NCBI GenBank assembly: GCA_042408205.1
Contig: JBHOQK010000011.1
Coordinates: 6,348-70,347, forward strand
Reading direction: 5' to 3'
Length of the DNA stretch: 64,000 bases
From: Dehalococcoidia bacterium
GTDB taxonomy: Bacteria; Chloroflexota; Dehalococcoidia; GIF9; DYGU01
A program made the translations under genes and the position numbers. Each line of letters opens with the position of its first letter. Position 1 is the stretch's first letter. The notes under the pieces are model-generated. The model had not been told where the DNA came from, did no database searches, and saw nothing but the letters and a program-made list of their open reading frames with translations. Shown piece by piece: positions 9,077 to 20,100 of the stretch.

Positions 9077-10972
9077 TTAATCCAGAGTAGTGAGTTTAAT
9101 AGCCGTCTGTATAACTCCTTTTCTGCCATCCCGATAAGTAATAGGGGCTTCCACCATAAGCTCAGTTTTATCTGAGTAAAGGGCATCTATTAAATAGCGA
9201 TAGCGGTCTTCAATAAAAGTTCGCCTTATTTTCCGAGTCCGAGTAAGCTCAGCTTCGTCAGGGTCAAACTCCTTATGTAAATTGGCAAATCTCTTTATCC
9301 GAGCCCATTCCGGCAAAGCTTTATTTACTCTTTGAATATCTTTACGGATAAGCTCAATTACTTCAGGCTTTTGGCTTAGGTCAACGAAAGTAGTATAAGG
9401 AATACGCCTGGCTTCAGCCCAGCGCCCTACATTATCTAGGTCAATATTAACTATAGCAGTAGCATAAGGCTTATCCTCGCCCCCAACAACTAAGACATCT
9501 TTAATGTACGGACTGAAACGTAACCTTGTCTCACAATATTGGGGCGAAAACCTACGCCCACCACTTAATTCCTTTAAGTCTTCCATCCGGTCAATAACAA
9601 TCAACTGACCATCTTCATCAAAGTGACCAAAATCTCCAGTATGAAACCAACCACCTTTTAATTTCTTAGCTGTTGTTTCGGGGTCTTTATAATAACCAAC
9701 AAGAAGGTTTGGATTTCTGACCAATATTTCACCTTCTTCAGAGAGTTTGATCTCCACTCCCGGTAAAGTCGGTCCACAGGTCTCCCACTTCAAATAATCA
9801 TCAGGTGCCACAGTAAGCATCCCCGTTTCGGAAAGACCATAGCTTAACTTGATGTCAACACCAATAGCTTGAAAATATTGAAGAATGCTTGGACTTATGG
9901 GGGCACCACCGGTATAAGTTCGTCTAAGGTGAGATAAGCCAACTTTGTCCCTAAGAGCTCGGAAAACGATTAAATCGGCAAGAAGGAAAAGAATTCGCCA
10001 AAACCAGCTTACACGTCTTTCCGTCAAGCGAAGTTCAGCTCTTTTGTAACCCACAGGTAGAAAAAGGTGATATAAAAACCGCCGCAACGGGCTGGTATCT
10101 ATGATTTTGGCTTGTATAGTGCGAACCACACTTTCCCATAACCTAACTCCATAAAGGAGAACAGTAGGACCTATTTCTCGCAGATTTTCCTGGACCGTTT
10201 CTGGTTCTTCCGGGAAGTTAACTTCCATTCCAGATACTAAAGAACCAGTAACACCAAACCATTGTTCTCCAACCCAACCCGGAGGGATAAAAGAAACATA
10301 TCTATCCTTATCCGTCCATTTATCCACACTCATCCACGACTCCAGGATAGATATTAAACTTTTGTGATTTACCATGGCTCCCTTAGGCAAACCTGTAGTC
10401 CCTGAAGTATATAAAAGAACCGCTATGTCTTCCCCTCTGCCTTTATCAATATTTTCTTCAAAAGCATTAGGATGGAATTTCTCATATTCTTTACCCAGCT
10501 CGATGACTTCATTAAAGCTCATCAAAAGAGGGTCATCATAGTTCCCCAACCCTTTAGGATCCCAATAAATTATCTTCTTTAGCAAGGGTAACTCGTCTTT
10601 AATCTGAAGCAATTTGTCTACCTGTTCTTGGTCATGAGCCACAACAAACTTTGAATCGGAATGCTCCACATAATATTTGACCTCTGAAGGAATACAATCA
10701 CTGAAAATACCCAAGATGGCACCACCAGCAGCATGAACGGCTAACTCAGCCCAATACCATTCTGGCTTATTCTCCCCAATTATGGATACTTTATCCCCCC
10801 GCTCTAAACCAAGACTAATCAGACCCAAGGAAAAATATTTTACCTTCTCATAATAATCCTTCCAGGTATATTCTTGCCAAATACCAAAGTCTTTTTCCCG
10901 CATTGCTACCTTTTTATCCCCATATTTCTGGTAATTCCGCCTTAAAAGTTTAGGTAATGTATCTTCCATCAA
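9077..10972 (-). CDS. AMP-forming acyl-CoA ligase embedded in the ABC-transporter operon (long-chain or aromatic acid--CoA ligase type).
   Basis: The AMP-binding motif LYTSGTTGLPKGAMVNH is present. The 631-aa length is typical of transporter-associated ligases. Confidence 0.8.
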   Translation of the reverse strand: MMEDTLPKLLRRNYQKYGDKKVAMREKDFGIWQEYTWKDYYEKVKYFSLGLISLGLERGDKVSIIGENKPEWYWAELAVHAAGGAILGIFSDCIPSEVKYYVEHSDSKFVVAHDQEQVDKLLQIKDELPLLKKIIYWDPKGLGNYDDPLLMSFNEVIELGKEYEKFHPNAFEENIDKGRGEDIAVLLYTSGTTGLPKGAMVNHKSLISILESWMSVDKWTDKDRYVSFIPPGWVGEQWFGVTGSLVSGMEVNFPEEPETVQENLREIGPTVLLYGVRLWESVVRTIQAKIIDTSPLRRFLYHLFLPVGYKRAELRLTERRVSWFWRILFLLADLIVFRALRDKVGLSHLRRTYTGGAPISPSILQYFQAIGVDIKLSYGLSETGMLTVAPDDYLKWETCGPTLPGVEIKLSEEGEILVRNPNLLVGYYKDPETTAKKLKGGWFHTGDFGHFDEDGQLIVIDRMEDLKELSGGRRFSPQYCETRLRFSPYIKDVLVVGGEDKPYATAIVNIDLDNVGRWAEARRIPYTTFVDLSQKPEVIELIRKDIQRVNKALPEWARIKRFANLHKEFDPDEAELTRTRKIRRTFIEDRYRYLIDALYSDKTELMVEAPITYRDGRKGVIQTAIKLTTLD

Positions 10973-10996
10973 CTTCCCCTCCTTAAAAAAGTTCTT

Positions 10997-11827
10997 TTAG
11001 CTCCCAGAAACTACTTCCTCCCCTAAATAGGCATTGATAACTAAAGGATTACGTTGTATTTCTTCAGGTGAACCTTCAGCAATTTTGCTACCAAAGTCAA
11101 GAACAATTACCCTATGAGCTATATCCATAACCACTTCCATATCATGTTCTACCAGAATTATACATTTAACACCATCCCTCAAAACAGGGTTATCAGGATA
11201 AGTCTCTCCCTGTCCCTCAAAAATATCGATTATGAATCGAGCCATATCTTCTTTCTCATCTACATTCATTCCTGCCATAGGCTCATCCAAGAGGAGAACC
11301 TTCGGGGCTAAAGCCAAAGCCCGACCTAACTCTACTCGCTTCCGCATTCCATAAGGAAGAAGAGCCACTACTTTTTTTCTGACTGGTTCTATTTCCAGAA
11401 AATCTATTATTTCTTCAGCTATTCGCCGGTGTTCTAATTCTTCCCGGTGAGCTGGACCAAAAAACAAGGCGCCAGTTAAGGCGCCTTGTTTCATGTGAAT
11501 GTGTCTGGCTGCCATAAGGTTATCTAAAGTGGTTAACCCTGTGTAAAGCTCAATATTCTGGAAAGTTCGCGCTATCCCCAGGGCAGCTATCTTATCAGGG
11601 CGCATCCGGGTAATGCGCTTTCCTTCAAAATAGATTTCACCCTTTTGGGGTTTGTAAAAGCCGTTTATGCAATTAAGGAGACAGGTCTTGCCCGCACCAT
11701 TTGGTCCAATAATTGCCAAAATCTCGTTGTTCCTAACTTCTAAACTGACATTATTAAGAGCCTTAAGACCACCGAAACTTAAAGAGAGGTTTTCAATTCG
11801 TATTTTTACCTCATCAGCTTTCCCCAT
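10997..11827 (-). CDS. ABC transporter ATP-binding protein (LivG-like).
   Basis: Walker A GPNGAGKT, the ABC signature region and Walker B LLLDEP are all present. Confidence 0.85.
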   Translation of the reverse strand: MGKADEVKIRIENLSLSFGGLKALNNVSLEVRNNEILAIIGPNGAGKTCLLNCINGFYKPQKGEIYFEGKRITRMRPDKIAALGIARTFQNIELYTGLTTLDNLMAARHIHMKQGALTGALFFGPAHREELEHRRIAEEIIDFLEIEPVRKKVVALLPYGMRKRVELGRALALAPKVLLLDEPMAGMNVDEKEDMARFIIDIFEGQGETYPDNPVLRDGVKCIILVEHDMEVVMDIAHRVIVLDFGSKIAEGSPEEIQRNPLVINAYLGEEVVSGS

Positions 11828-11951
11828 CCCAATTATCCCTATATTTAAATTTAAAGCTCATTTTAAATATAACTTGTGAACTTGTCAATAGCCCTTGCCA
11901 TTTTATGTCTGATGATATAGTATAATTAGAAAATTTCTGGAGGAAAGGGAA

Positions 11952-12746
11952 ATGCTTAAGTTAAACAACATTGAGGTTATTTACCTGGATGTTATTTTAG
12001 TTTTAAAAGGTGTCTCTTTAGAGGTGGGACCAGGGAAAATTGTTTGTCTTCTTGGCGCTAATGGAGCCGGCAAGACGACCACCTTAAAAGCTATTTCTGG
12101 GCTTCTCTACACCGAAGAAGGAAAAGTTAGTGACGGTAGTATAGAATTTGAAGGAGTAAGAATAGACAAATTAAGTCCGGAAGAAATTGTTAGAATGGGG
12201 ATCGTTCAGGTAATGGAAGGACGGCGTCTTTTTCAGCACCTAACTGTAGAAGAGAACCTGCTAACGGGAGCTTACATCCGTAAAGATGGGGTAAGCATTA
12301 AGAGAGACTTAGAAATGGTCTATCATTACTTCCCACGGCTCAAAGAGCTTCGCCATAACATAAGTGGTTATATTTCCGGTGGGGAAAGACAAATGTTGGT
12401 AATAGGAAGGGCTTTGATGTCCCATCCAAAACTGATGCTTCTGGATGAACCATCTTTGGGACTTAGCCCCATAATGGTTCGAGAAATCTTTCAGATAGTA
12501 GAAAGGATTAACCGAGAAGAAAAGACAGCTATTCTGCTAGTGGAGCAAAATGCTCGAGCTGCTCTTAATTTAGCTGAATACGGCTATGTAATGGAAAATG
12601 GCAGGGTAGTCATGGATGGCCCAGCCGAAAAATTAAGAGATAATGAAGACATAAAGGAGTTCTATTTAGGGTTAAGTAAGCTTGGACAGAGAAAAAGCTA
12701 CCGAGAGGTAAAACATTACAAGAGACGAAAGCGGTGGTTAGCTTAA
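11952..12746 (+). CDS. ABC transporter ATP-binding protein (LivF-like), divergently transcribed from the rest of the transporter operon.
   Basis: Walker A GANGAGKTT, the signature ISGGERQ and Walker B MLLDEPS are present. A putative promoter TTGCCA-N17/20-TAGTATAAT lies at 11895-11926. Confidence 0.85.
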   Translation: MLKLNNIEVIYLDVILVLKGVSLEVGPGKIVCLLGANGAGKTTTLKAISGLLYTEEGKVSDGSIEFEGVRIDKLSPEEIVRMGIVQVMEGRRLFQHLTVEENLLTGAYIRKDGVSIKRDLEMVYHYFPRLKELRHNISGYISGGERQMLVIGRALMSHPKLMLLDEPSLGLSPIMVREIFQIVERINREEKTAILLVEQNARAALNLAEYGYVMENGRVVMDGPAEKLRDNEDIKEFYLGLSKLGQRKSYREVKHYKRRKRWLA

Positions 12747-12793
12747 ACAGTTATTTTTATCCATTTACCTTTAATTTTAGGTTGTTACTTAAA

Positions 12794-12825
12794 GGGACAA
12801 CCAACAGGTTGTCCCTTTTTATTTT
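12794..12825 (+). terminator. Rho-independent terminator after the LivF-like gene.
   Basis: The stem gggacaacc / ggttgtccc flanks the loop aaca and is followed by TTTTTATTTT. Confidence 0.7.
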
Positions 12826-12857
12826 CGGAACCATAACAAATACTTAAGGGGATTATT

Positions 12858-13877
12858 GTGGACTTTAAAGTTGTGGCTACTTATGAGCACCCCATAAGAC
12901 CCCTCGATAAAAAAGATTTTGAACAAATAGGGGTTGAATTTATTCAGAAGGCATGTACTACTGGAGATGAAATTATAGCTGTTGCCGGGGATGCCGATGC
13001 TGTCATACCTTTAGTAGAGGAATACACAAAAAGAGTAATTGAAAATTTGAAAAAATGCCGGTTGATAGTTACACCCAAGGTGGGGGTGGAAAATATAGAT
13101 ATAGCCGCAGCCACAGAACAAGGCATTTTAGTAGCTAATGCTGCTGAATTGTGTCGAGAGGAAGTCGCAGAACACACTATGGCACTTCTTTTAGCCTGTG
13201 TGCGTAAATTAATAAAGCTCCATAAGGCAGCCGAGAAAGGTTTATGGAAAGGCTTAATGTGTGAAGAAATTCGCCAGATATGGCCCCCTATGTCACGTCT
13301 TTCTGGACAAACTTTAGGGCTTATTGGCTTTGGCAGAATTGCCCGAGCTGTGGTACCTAAAGCTAAAGGATTTGGCTTAAATATTATTGCTTATGATCCT
13401 TATGTTCCTGAAGCGGTGGCTAAAGAATTCGGAGTGGAGTTAGTTGATTTAGATAGGCTTCTTAAAGAGTCAGATTATATCTCCCTTCATGCGGCTCAAA
13501 CTAAGGAGAATTATCATTTAATAGGCTTGAAGGAATTTAAGAAAATGAAGCCGACTGCTTATATTATCAACACTGCCCGAGGAACGCTTATTGATGAACA
13601 AGCTCTTTATACCGCCTTGAAGGAAGGTTATATTGCTGGAGCTGGTCTTGATGTTTTAGAAACAGAGTTTATTCACCCAAATAACCCATTGCTCAGCTTA
13701 GACAATGTTATCATTTCTTGTCACTCTGCCCACTATTCTGATAATTCCTGGCCTCTCTATCCAAAACTCCCTGCGGAAGAAATAGCACGAGTTATACGAG
13801 GAGAATTACCTAAAAACTTAGTCAATCCAAAGGCTGTGGATAAATACTGGCAAAAGTGGGGAAAGGAGGGAAAGTAA
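12858..13877 (+). CDS. D-isomer-specific 2-hydroxyacid dehydrogenase (NAD-binding). A candidate aryl-lactate/aryl-pyruvate dehydrogenase.
   Basis: The Rossmann motif GLIGFGRIARAV and a catalytic region with CHSAHYSD are present. The gene has a GTG start with an RBS. Confidence 0.75.
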   Translation: MDFKVVATYEHPIRPLDKKDFEQIGVEFIQKACTTGDEIIAVAGDADAVIPLVEEYTKRVIENLKKCRLIVTPKVGVENIDIAAATEQGILVANAAELCREEVAEHTMALLLACVRKLIKLHKAAEKGLWKGLMCEEIRQIWPPMSRLSGQTLGLIGFGRIARAVVPKAKGFGLNIIAYDPYVPEAVAKEFGVELVDLDRLLKESDYISLHAAQTKENYHLIGLKEFKKMKPTAYIINTARGTLIDEQALYTALKEGYIAGAGLDVLETEFIHPNNPLLSLDNVIISCHSAHYSDNSWPLYPKLPAEEIARVIRGELPKNLVNPKAVDKYWQKWGKEGK

Positions 13878-13878
13878 A

Positions 13879-15087
13879 ATGCCTGGACCTTTAGATGGCG
13901 TCAGGGTTGTCGAAATAACTATGTTTCAGCAAGGACCAGTAGCTGGGATGAGGTTAGGGGATTTAGGAGCTGATGTAATTAAAGTCGAACCCAAAACTGG
14001 TGACCCAGGTAGGGGAATGATGAGAATTATTGGCACTATGACAGGTCTAAAAGGACGCAATTATTATTTTGAGAACTGCAATCGGAACAAAAGAAGTATT
14101 GCTCTTGACCTAAAAACCAAAAAGGGGATGGAGATATTTTTAAAATTGATTGATACGGCTGATGTTTTCCTTACCAATCTGAGTATTGAGGCACCAATAA
14201 AGATGGGTATTGGTCCTGAAGTTCTGCTTAAAAGAAATCCCCGATTAATTTATGCTCAGGCTTCCGGCTGGGGGCGGAAGGGTCCTGATGCCCACGAGCT
14301 TTCTTTTGATTACACGGGAATAGCTCGGTCGGGACTAATGATGTCGTGTGGTGAGCGTGGTTCACCTCCTGCCCAGATTCTGCCAGGAATGGGTGATGAG
14401 TTAGGCGGACTTATTTGCGCTTGGGCAGTAACTGCTGCCCTTTACGCTCGAGAAAAAACTGGGAAAGGACAACTGGTGGATACATCTCTAATGGGAAGCT
14501 TGATTGCCATGCTCAGTCTAATAATGGCAGCTCCAGCTATCTTGGGACAGGAATTTCCCCGGGAAATTAGAGCTGAAGCCGGCAACCCTCTCTGGAACCA
14601 CTATCGGTGTAAAGATGACAAATGGATTGCCCTTGCCCACCTCCAACCAGATAGATACTGGCCAAACGTTTGTCGGGCGCTGGGCATTACCGAATTGGAA
14701 AACGATCCCAGATTTAACAGTATTGAAAATAGGGGAAAGAATGCTAAAGAACTCATAGCCATTATGGATGAAAAATTTGCTTCCAAAACGAGAGACGAAT
14801 GGTTAGAAATTTTACGGAAAGAAGGTTGCATTTGTACCCCCATCCAATCGCCTATGGAAGTATCTAACGATCCCCAAGCTTTAGCTAACAATTATTTTAT
14901 TTATGTTGACCACCCAGTGTGGGGGAAAACAAAAGTAGTTGGTTTTCCTTGGGATTTCAGTGACACCCCAGCCTCTTGGCGCCGGGAAGCCCCAGAGCTT
15001 GGTCAGCACACTGAAGAAATATTATTAGAGCTGGGTTATACTTGGGATGATATTGTAGAATTGAAAGAAGAAGGGGTAATATTGTAG
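13879..15087 (+). CDS. Family III CoA-transferase (CaiB/BaiF/Frc family).
   Basis: The N-terminus GVRVVEITMFQQGPVAGMRLGDLGADVIKVEP is diagnostic of family III CoA-transferases. The protein is 402 aa. Confidence 0.8.
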   Translation: MPGPLDGVRVVEITMFQQGPVAGMRLGDLGADVIKVEPKTGDPGRGMMRIIGTMTGLKGRNYYFENCNRNKRSIALDLKTKKGMEIFLKLIDTADVFLTNLSIEAPIKMGIGPEVLLKRNPRLIYAQASGWGRKGPDAHELSFDYTGIARSGLMMSCGERGSPPAQILPGMGDELGGLICAWAVTAALYAREKTGKGQLVDTSLMGSLIAMLSLIMAAPAILGQEFPREIRAEAGNPLWNHYRCKDDKWIALAHLQPDRYWPNVCRALGITELENDPRFNSIENRGKNAKELIAIMDEKFASKTRDEWLEILRKEGCICTPIQSPMEVSNDPQALANNYFIYVDHPVWGKTKVVGFPWDFSDTPASWRREAPELGQHTEEILLELGYTWDDIVELKEEGVIL

Positions 15088-15109
15088 AAAACAAAAGGAG
15101 GTAAAACTA

Positions 15110-15871
15110 ATGTTAGATTACACTGGAAAAACAGCTATAGTAACGGGAGGAGCCCGAGGAATTGGCAAGGCTATTTGTCTAACTCTGGCAAGGCAAGGAG
15201 CTGACATAGCTATTGCTGATATTTTAGAAGAAGAAGGTGCCACCACAGCTAAAGAAATTCAACAATTGGGTCGACAAGCTTTGTTTGTCAAAACTGACCT
15301 GACCAAAAAGGAAGAAGTAGATAGGATGGTAAATCAGGTTCTTACGACCTTTGGCAAAATAGATATTTTGGTAAATAATGCTGGCTGGGATAAAATAGAA
15401 CTTTTTGTCAACAATTCCCCCGAATTCTGGGATAAAGTAATTGCCATAAACTTTAAGCACCAAATATATACCACCAGAGCCGTCCTTGACCATATGATGA
15501 AAAGAAAATATGGTCGGATTATAAATATTGGCTCTGATGCCGGTAGAGTTGGTAGTACTGGAGAAGCCGTTTACTCAGGCTGTAAGGGAGCTTTAATTGC
15601 CTTTACCAAAACCCTGGCTCGAGAACTGGCACGATATGGTATAACCGTAAATTGCATTTGTCCCGGACCAACCGAAACTCCTTTAGCTGAGCAAATGAAG
15701 CAAGAAGAACTGGGGAGCAAGATTTTTGCCGCTATGGAGAAAATAATTCCCTTAGGCAGACTATGTACCCCTCAAGACGTTGCCAATGCTGTAGCCTTTT
15801 TTGCTTCTGACGAAGCCAGTTATATTACTGGGCAAACCTTAAGTGTTAGCGGTGGACTAACTATGGTATAA
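15110..15871 (+). CDS. Short-chain dehydrogenase/reductase (FabG-like 3-oxoacyl/3-hydroxyacyl dehydrogenase).
   Basis: The NAD-binding motif TGGARGIGKA is present. The catalytic residues fall in YSGCKGAL (YxxxK). Confidence 0.8.
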   Translation: MLDYTGKTAIVTGGARGIGKAICLTLARQGADIAIADILEEEGATTAKEIQQLGRQALFVKTDLTKKEEVDRMVNQVLTTFGKIDILVNNAGWDKIELFVNNSPEFWDKVIAINFKHQIYTTRAVLDHMMKRKYGRIINIGSDAGRVGSTGEAVYSGCKGALIAFTKTLARELARYGITVNCICPGPTETPLAEQMKQEELGSKIFAAMEKIIPLGRLCTPQDVANAVAFFASDEASYITGQTLSVSGGLTMV

Positions 15872-15919
15872 AGATATAGTTTGCCTGCCCAATCTTCCTT
15901 ACCACGCTAAAGGAATTGG

Positions 15920-16519
15920 TTAATGGGGCATAATTAAAGTAAAATAAGAAGGAAGTATACCTGTAGGACAGAGAGGATAGCACTCTTGACAACCTGGGCA
16001 TTCCTTACGAGCTATTGCAGGAAATAGAACAACCTCCTTTTGTGTTCCTCTGCCAATAAAGCCAATAGCATGTTTCTTTTTCACCTCTGCACAATAACGG
16101 ACACATAGACCACAAAGAATACAGAAGGTAGGTTCAGTCTCAAATCTTTTGGCTTGGGCTTCGGTTATACCATATTTTAATCCGTAATTTCGTAATTCAT
16201 AGTTTCTTAAGGCTTGGATTCCCGGAACCCGAGCCCACAAAAGTTCTAATAAAAGCTTCCGAATTTTGACTACCCTTTCCGATTCTGTCTCTACTATTAA
16301 TCCATCCTCAACCGGATAAACACAAGAAGCAACCAATCTTGAGTGCTTTCCTCTAATTATCTCCACAGTGCAAAGGCGGCAAGCACCATAAGGAGCTAAC
16401 TTTTCATGGTAACAAAGAGTAGGAATGTCAATACCAATTCCTTTTGCTGCTTGAAGAATGGTCATTTCCGTTTCTGCGGTAACCTTTATGCCATTGATAA
16501 CTAAATTAATCGCCTTCAT
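15920..16519 (-). CDS. Ferredoxin resembling the NuoG/HndD N-terminus, with a [2Fe-2S] site plus 2x[4Fe-4S]. Likely the terminal electron-transfer subunit of the Bam-like complex, BamI-like but truncated.
   Basis: The 2Fe-2S ligands are CYHEKLAPYGACRLC. The 4Fe-4S ligands are CILCGLCVRYC and CPGCQECYPLCP. It is the last gene of the bam-like operon. Confidence 0.6.
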   Translation of the reverse strand: MKAINLVINGIKVTAETEMTILQAAKGIGIDIPTLCYHEKLAPYGACRLCTVEIIRGKHSRLVASCVYPVEDGLIVETESERVVKIRKLLLELLWARVPGIQALRNYELRNYGLKYGITEAQAKRFETEPTFCILCGLCVRYCAEVKKKHAIGFIGRGTQKEVVLFPAIARKECPGCQECYPLCPTGILPSYFTLIMPH

Positions 16520-16546
16520 TTTCCTTTGCCCGGCTTCTTCCTTCTT

Positions 16547-17110
16547 TTACTTCCAGTAACTCCACCACCAGCTTTGTCCTTTTTTAGTTAAAGCCTCTTG
16601 CCTTTTAGTAATGTAGTCTGAGATTAAATCTTTATTCTCCCGGACATACCTTTCAACTGCTTCGAGATCTTGTCTTAATCGCCCCAGGTCTTTCCCTTCA
16701 CTTATCCCAAGGGGTCCCAATTCCTTTAGTTGATGGGTGAATTTAGTCATAATTTCTGCAAAACGAATTCCTTCAGAAGCTGATACCCATTCTATCCGTA
16801 GTCTTTCCGGATTCAACCCTATTTGAGAAAGTAGTTTCTTACATAAATTTGTCATCTCTAATGCCTTATAATTTCCTTCTGTGACATAATGGCATTCCCC
16901 AAGCCAACAACCACCAATAAACACCCCATCAGCCCCTTTCAGGAAAGCCCGAAAAACAAAAACGGGGTCGACCCTTCCTGAACACATCACCCTTATTACC
17001 CTTATATTAGGGGGATATTGGTAACGAGAGACTCCTGCCAGGTCAGCCCCAGCATAGGCACACCAATTGCATAAAAAGCCTAAAATCTTTGGTTCATAAC
17101 CATATTTCAT
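16547..17110 (-). CDS. bamF: MvhD/FlpD-like [2Fe-2S] protein, BamF-like.
   Basis: The MvhD signature is LGFLCNWCAYAGAD...CSGRVDP. A 4-nt overlap with the upstream HdrA-like gene suggests translational coupling. Confidence 0.7.
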   Translation of the reverse strand: MKYGYEPKILGFLCNWCAYAGADLAGVSRYQYPPNIRVIRVMCSGRVDPVFVFRAFLKGADGVFIGGCWLGECHYVTEGNYKALEMTNLCKKLLSQIGLNPERLRIEWVSASEGIRFAEIMTKFTHQLKELGPLGISEGKDLGRLRQDLEAVERYVRENKDLISDYITKRQEALTKKGQSWWWSYWK

Positions 17111-20100
17111 GAACTAACCTCAACAAGAGCTGGAAACGCAGCATCAATTTGGGCTAATATTTGTTCATCAGTAAAGTGTTTTAAGGAAATAGCCCTGGCA
17201 GGACAAACAGTATTACATAGACCATCCCCTTTACATAGTACAGAAATTACCCTGGCTTTCTTGCCCTCAGAGGTATCATAAAGCTCTATCGCACCGTATT
17301 TACAAACTGCTTGACACTGACCACACCCAATACAGTAGCTTTCATTCACTTCGCAAATAGCACCCGGAACTGTCACTGAATCCTTAGAAAGAATAGTAGC
17401 TGCTCTGCCAGCAGCTCCATAAGCCTGCCGAATGGTTTCTGATATATGCTTGGGATAGTGAGCCATCCCACATAGAAAAATACCTTCAGCAGCGCAATCA
17501 ACTGGTCTTAGCTTGACATGAGCTTCCAAGAAGAAACCATCGGGGTTTAAAGGTACTTTGAATAATCGGGATATTTCCGCATTGGTTTCGGAGGGGATAA
17601 CCGCCGCTGCTAAAGCCAGGAAATCAGTATCAATGAGAAGCTTCTTACCTAAAATAGGGTCAGTTAGAGTAACCCTGAGACGACGTTGATCACCTTCTTC
17701 AACAACTTCCACTTTGGGTTTATCTTCAGGCTCATACCGGATGAATTTCACTTCTCGGTTAGCGGCTTCTCGGTAATAATCTTCCTTAAATCCATAGGTT
17801 CTTATATCTCGATAAATAATATAAATATCCTTTCGAGGATTTATTTCTTTTAGTTTCAAAGCACATTTTATAGCCTGACTACAGCAGACTCGGCTACAGT
17901 AATTTCTACTTTTCTCTCGGCAACCAACACATAAGATCATTACCAAGTTTTCAGCGTTAATCACTTTCTCATCTCTTTTAGCAATTTTTTCTTCCAGCTC
18001 CAATAAAGTAAATACCCTCTCATCTTTACCATAAAGGTATTCAGTAGGTTTATATTCCTGAGCACCAGTAGCAATAATGGCTATTCCATGTTTTATTTCC
18101 CTAGCCTTTCCTTCAGATACTATCTTAGTCACAAAATTCCCGACATAACCAGAAACTTCAGTAACGGTAGAATCGGTAAAAATATGAATTAAGGGGTGCC
18201 GATAAACTTTATGTATAAGGTCCTTTAAATAGGCTTGAACATCAATCCCTTCTAAAGTGTAATGAATCCTTCGAGCTATCCCACCCAAATCTTTCTCCTT
18301 TTCTATTAGATAAACCTCAAATCCCTGGTTGGCTAAACTAAGAGCACTAATCATTCCAGCTATACCACCACCGATGACTAACCCCTTTTTATCCACAGGG
18401 AGTTCAAATTCTTTCAAAGGTTGTAGCAAAGTAGCTCGGGCTACTGACATCCGAACCAAATCCTTCGCTTTTTGGGTAGCAGCCTCCTTGTCCCGGGAGT
18501 GCACCCAAGAACAGTGTTCTCTTATGTTAGCCATATCGAAGAAATATTGATTGACCCCTCCTTCTCGCAGGGTATCCCGGAATAATGGTTCGTGTGTCCT
18601 AGGAGTGCATGCAGCTACAACTACTCGATTAAGCTGTTTTTCTTTAATTGCCTCTGCTATTTGCTGAGCAGCATCGGTGGAACAAGACCAGGGGTTTTCT
18701 TGAACATGAACAACGTTAGGTAAGGTAGAAGCATATTCAACTACTGAAGGAACGTCTACCACTCTTCCAATATTGGCTCCACAATGGCACACAAATACTC
18801 CAATCCTTGGTTTTTCCCCCGAGACATCTCTTTCTGGCGGATACTCCCTTTCTCGGGCTAATTTCCCTCGCCGGTAGGAAAGAAGTTCACTACAAAGGGC
18901 AGCAGCACCACTGGCAGTCATAATGGCTTCTGGAATATCCATAGGACCCTGAAAGGCACCACTGACAAAAATTCCCTTGCGAGATGTTTCTATAGGATTA
19001 GAAGGATTACCTTTGCAAAATCCATAAGAATTTAATTCGATGCCAAACTTATTAGCCAGCTCTCTTACATTTTCAGGAGGGTTTAAACCAACAGACAATA
19101 CAACAAGGTCAAATTCCTCTTCTTTCACTATCCCATTAGCAGAGTACCTGATAGTTACATTCTGGCTTTCCGGAAGCTCCTTTCCTAAGGACACGTAGCT
19201 TCTTATAAATCTGACTCCAGGAAGGTTTGCAGCTCTTTGATAAAATCGCTCAAAATCTTTACCCCAGGACCGGATATCATTATGAAATATAGTCGCTTCA
19301 ATATCAGGGTCGTGGTCTTTAGCTAAGATTACCTGCTTTTGGGTATAGGTGCAGCATACCGTGGAGCAATAACTATTACCACCCGGGATGACTTGCCTGG
19401 AACCAACACATTGAATCCAGGCTATTTTCTTAGGATGCCTCCCATCCGAAGGACGTCTTATCTCACCCTCATAAGGTCCACTGGAACATAATATCCGCTC
19501 AAAGTCAAGACTGGTTACTACATTCTTTATCTTTCCATACCCATAATCACCTCTTAGCCTTGGGTCAAAAATCTCATAGCCCGGGGATAGAATTATAGCT
19601 CCTACTTCTATTTCTATTTTTTCTTCTTTTTGATAAAGGTCAATAGCATGTTGGGGACAGACCGTCTCACAGATACTGCATTTTTTATCTTTGAGGAAAA
19701 GACATTTTTCGGGATCTATATAAGTAACCAAAGGAATTGATTGGGGAAAATATATATGGCTACATTTAGTAAAAGATAAGTTTTGATTATATCTATCAGG
19801 GACTTTTACAGGACAATATACAGAGCAGGTAGTACAACCTTTGCATATATCATCTAAAATATATCTTGGCTTTTTAATCAAGGTTACTTTGAAATTTCTT
19901 GCCTCCCCTTCTACCTTATCTACTTCAGTATAGGTAAGAATGTTAATGTTAGGATGTCGGCTACATTCAATAAACTTAGGGGATTCAATACATAAAGAGC
20001 AATCATTAGTAGGAAAAGTCTTATCCAGCTGAGCCATTTTCCCACCAATAGCCGGTAATTTGTCCACCAAATAAACCTTAAAACCCATATCTCCAAGATC

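Noticed and set aside
18329-18550. 73-aa plus-strand ORF inside the bamE-like gene. Similar antisense ORFs occur at 20366-20572, 21102-21381, 21822-22022 and 23939-24148.
   Set aside because: All lie antisense within long conserved Fe-S/flavoprotein genes and are most likely spurious.
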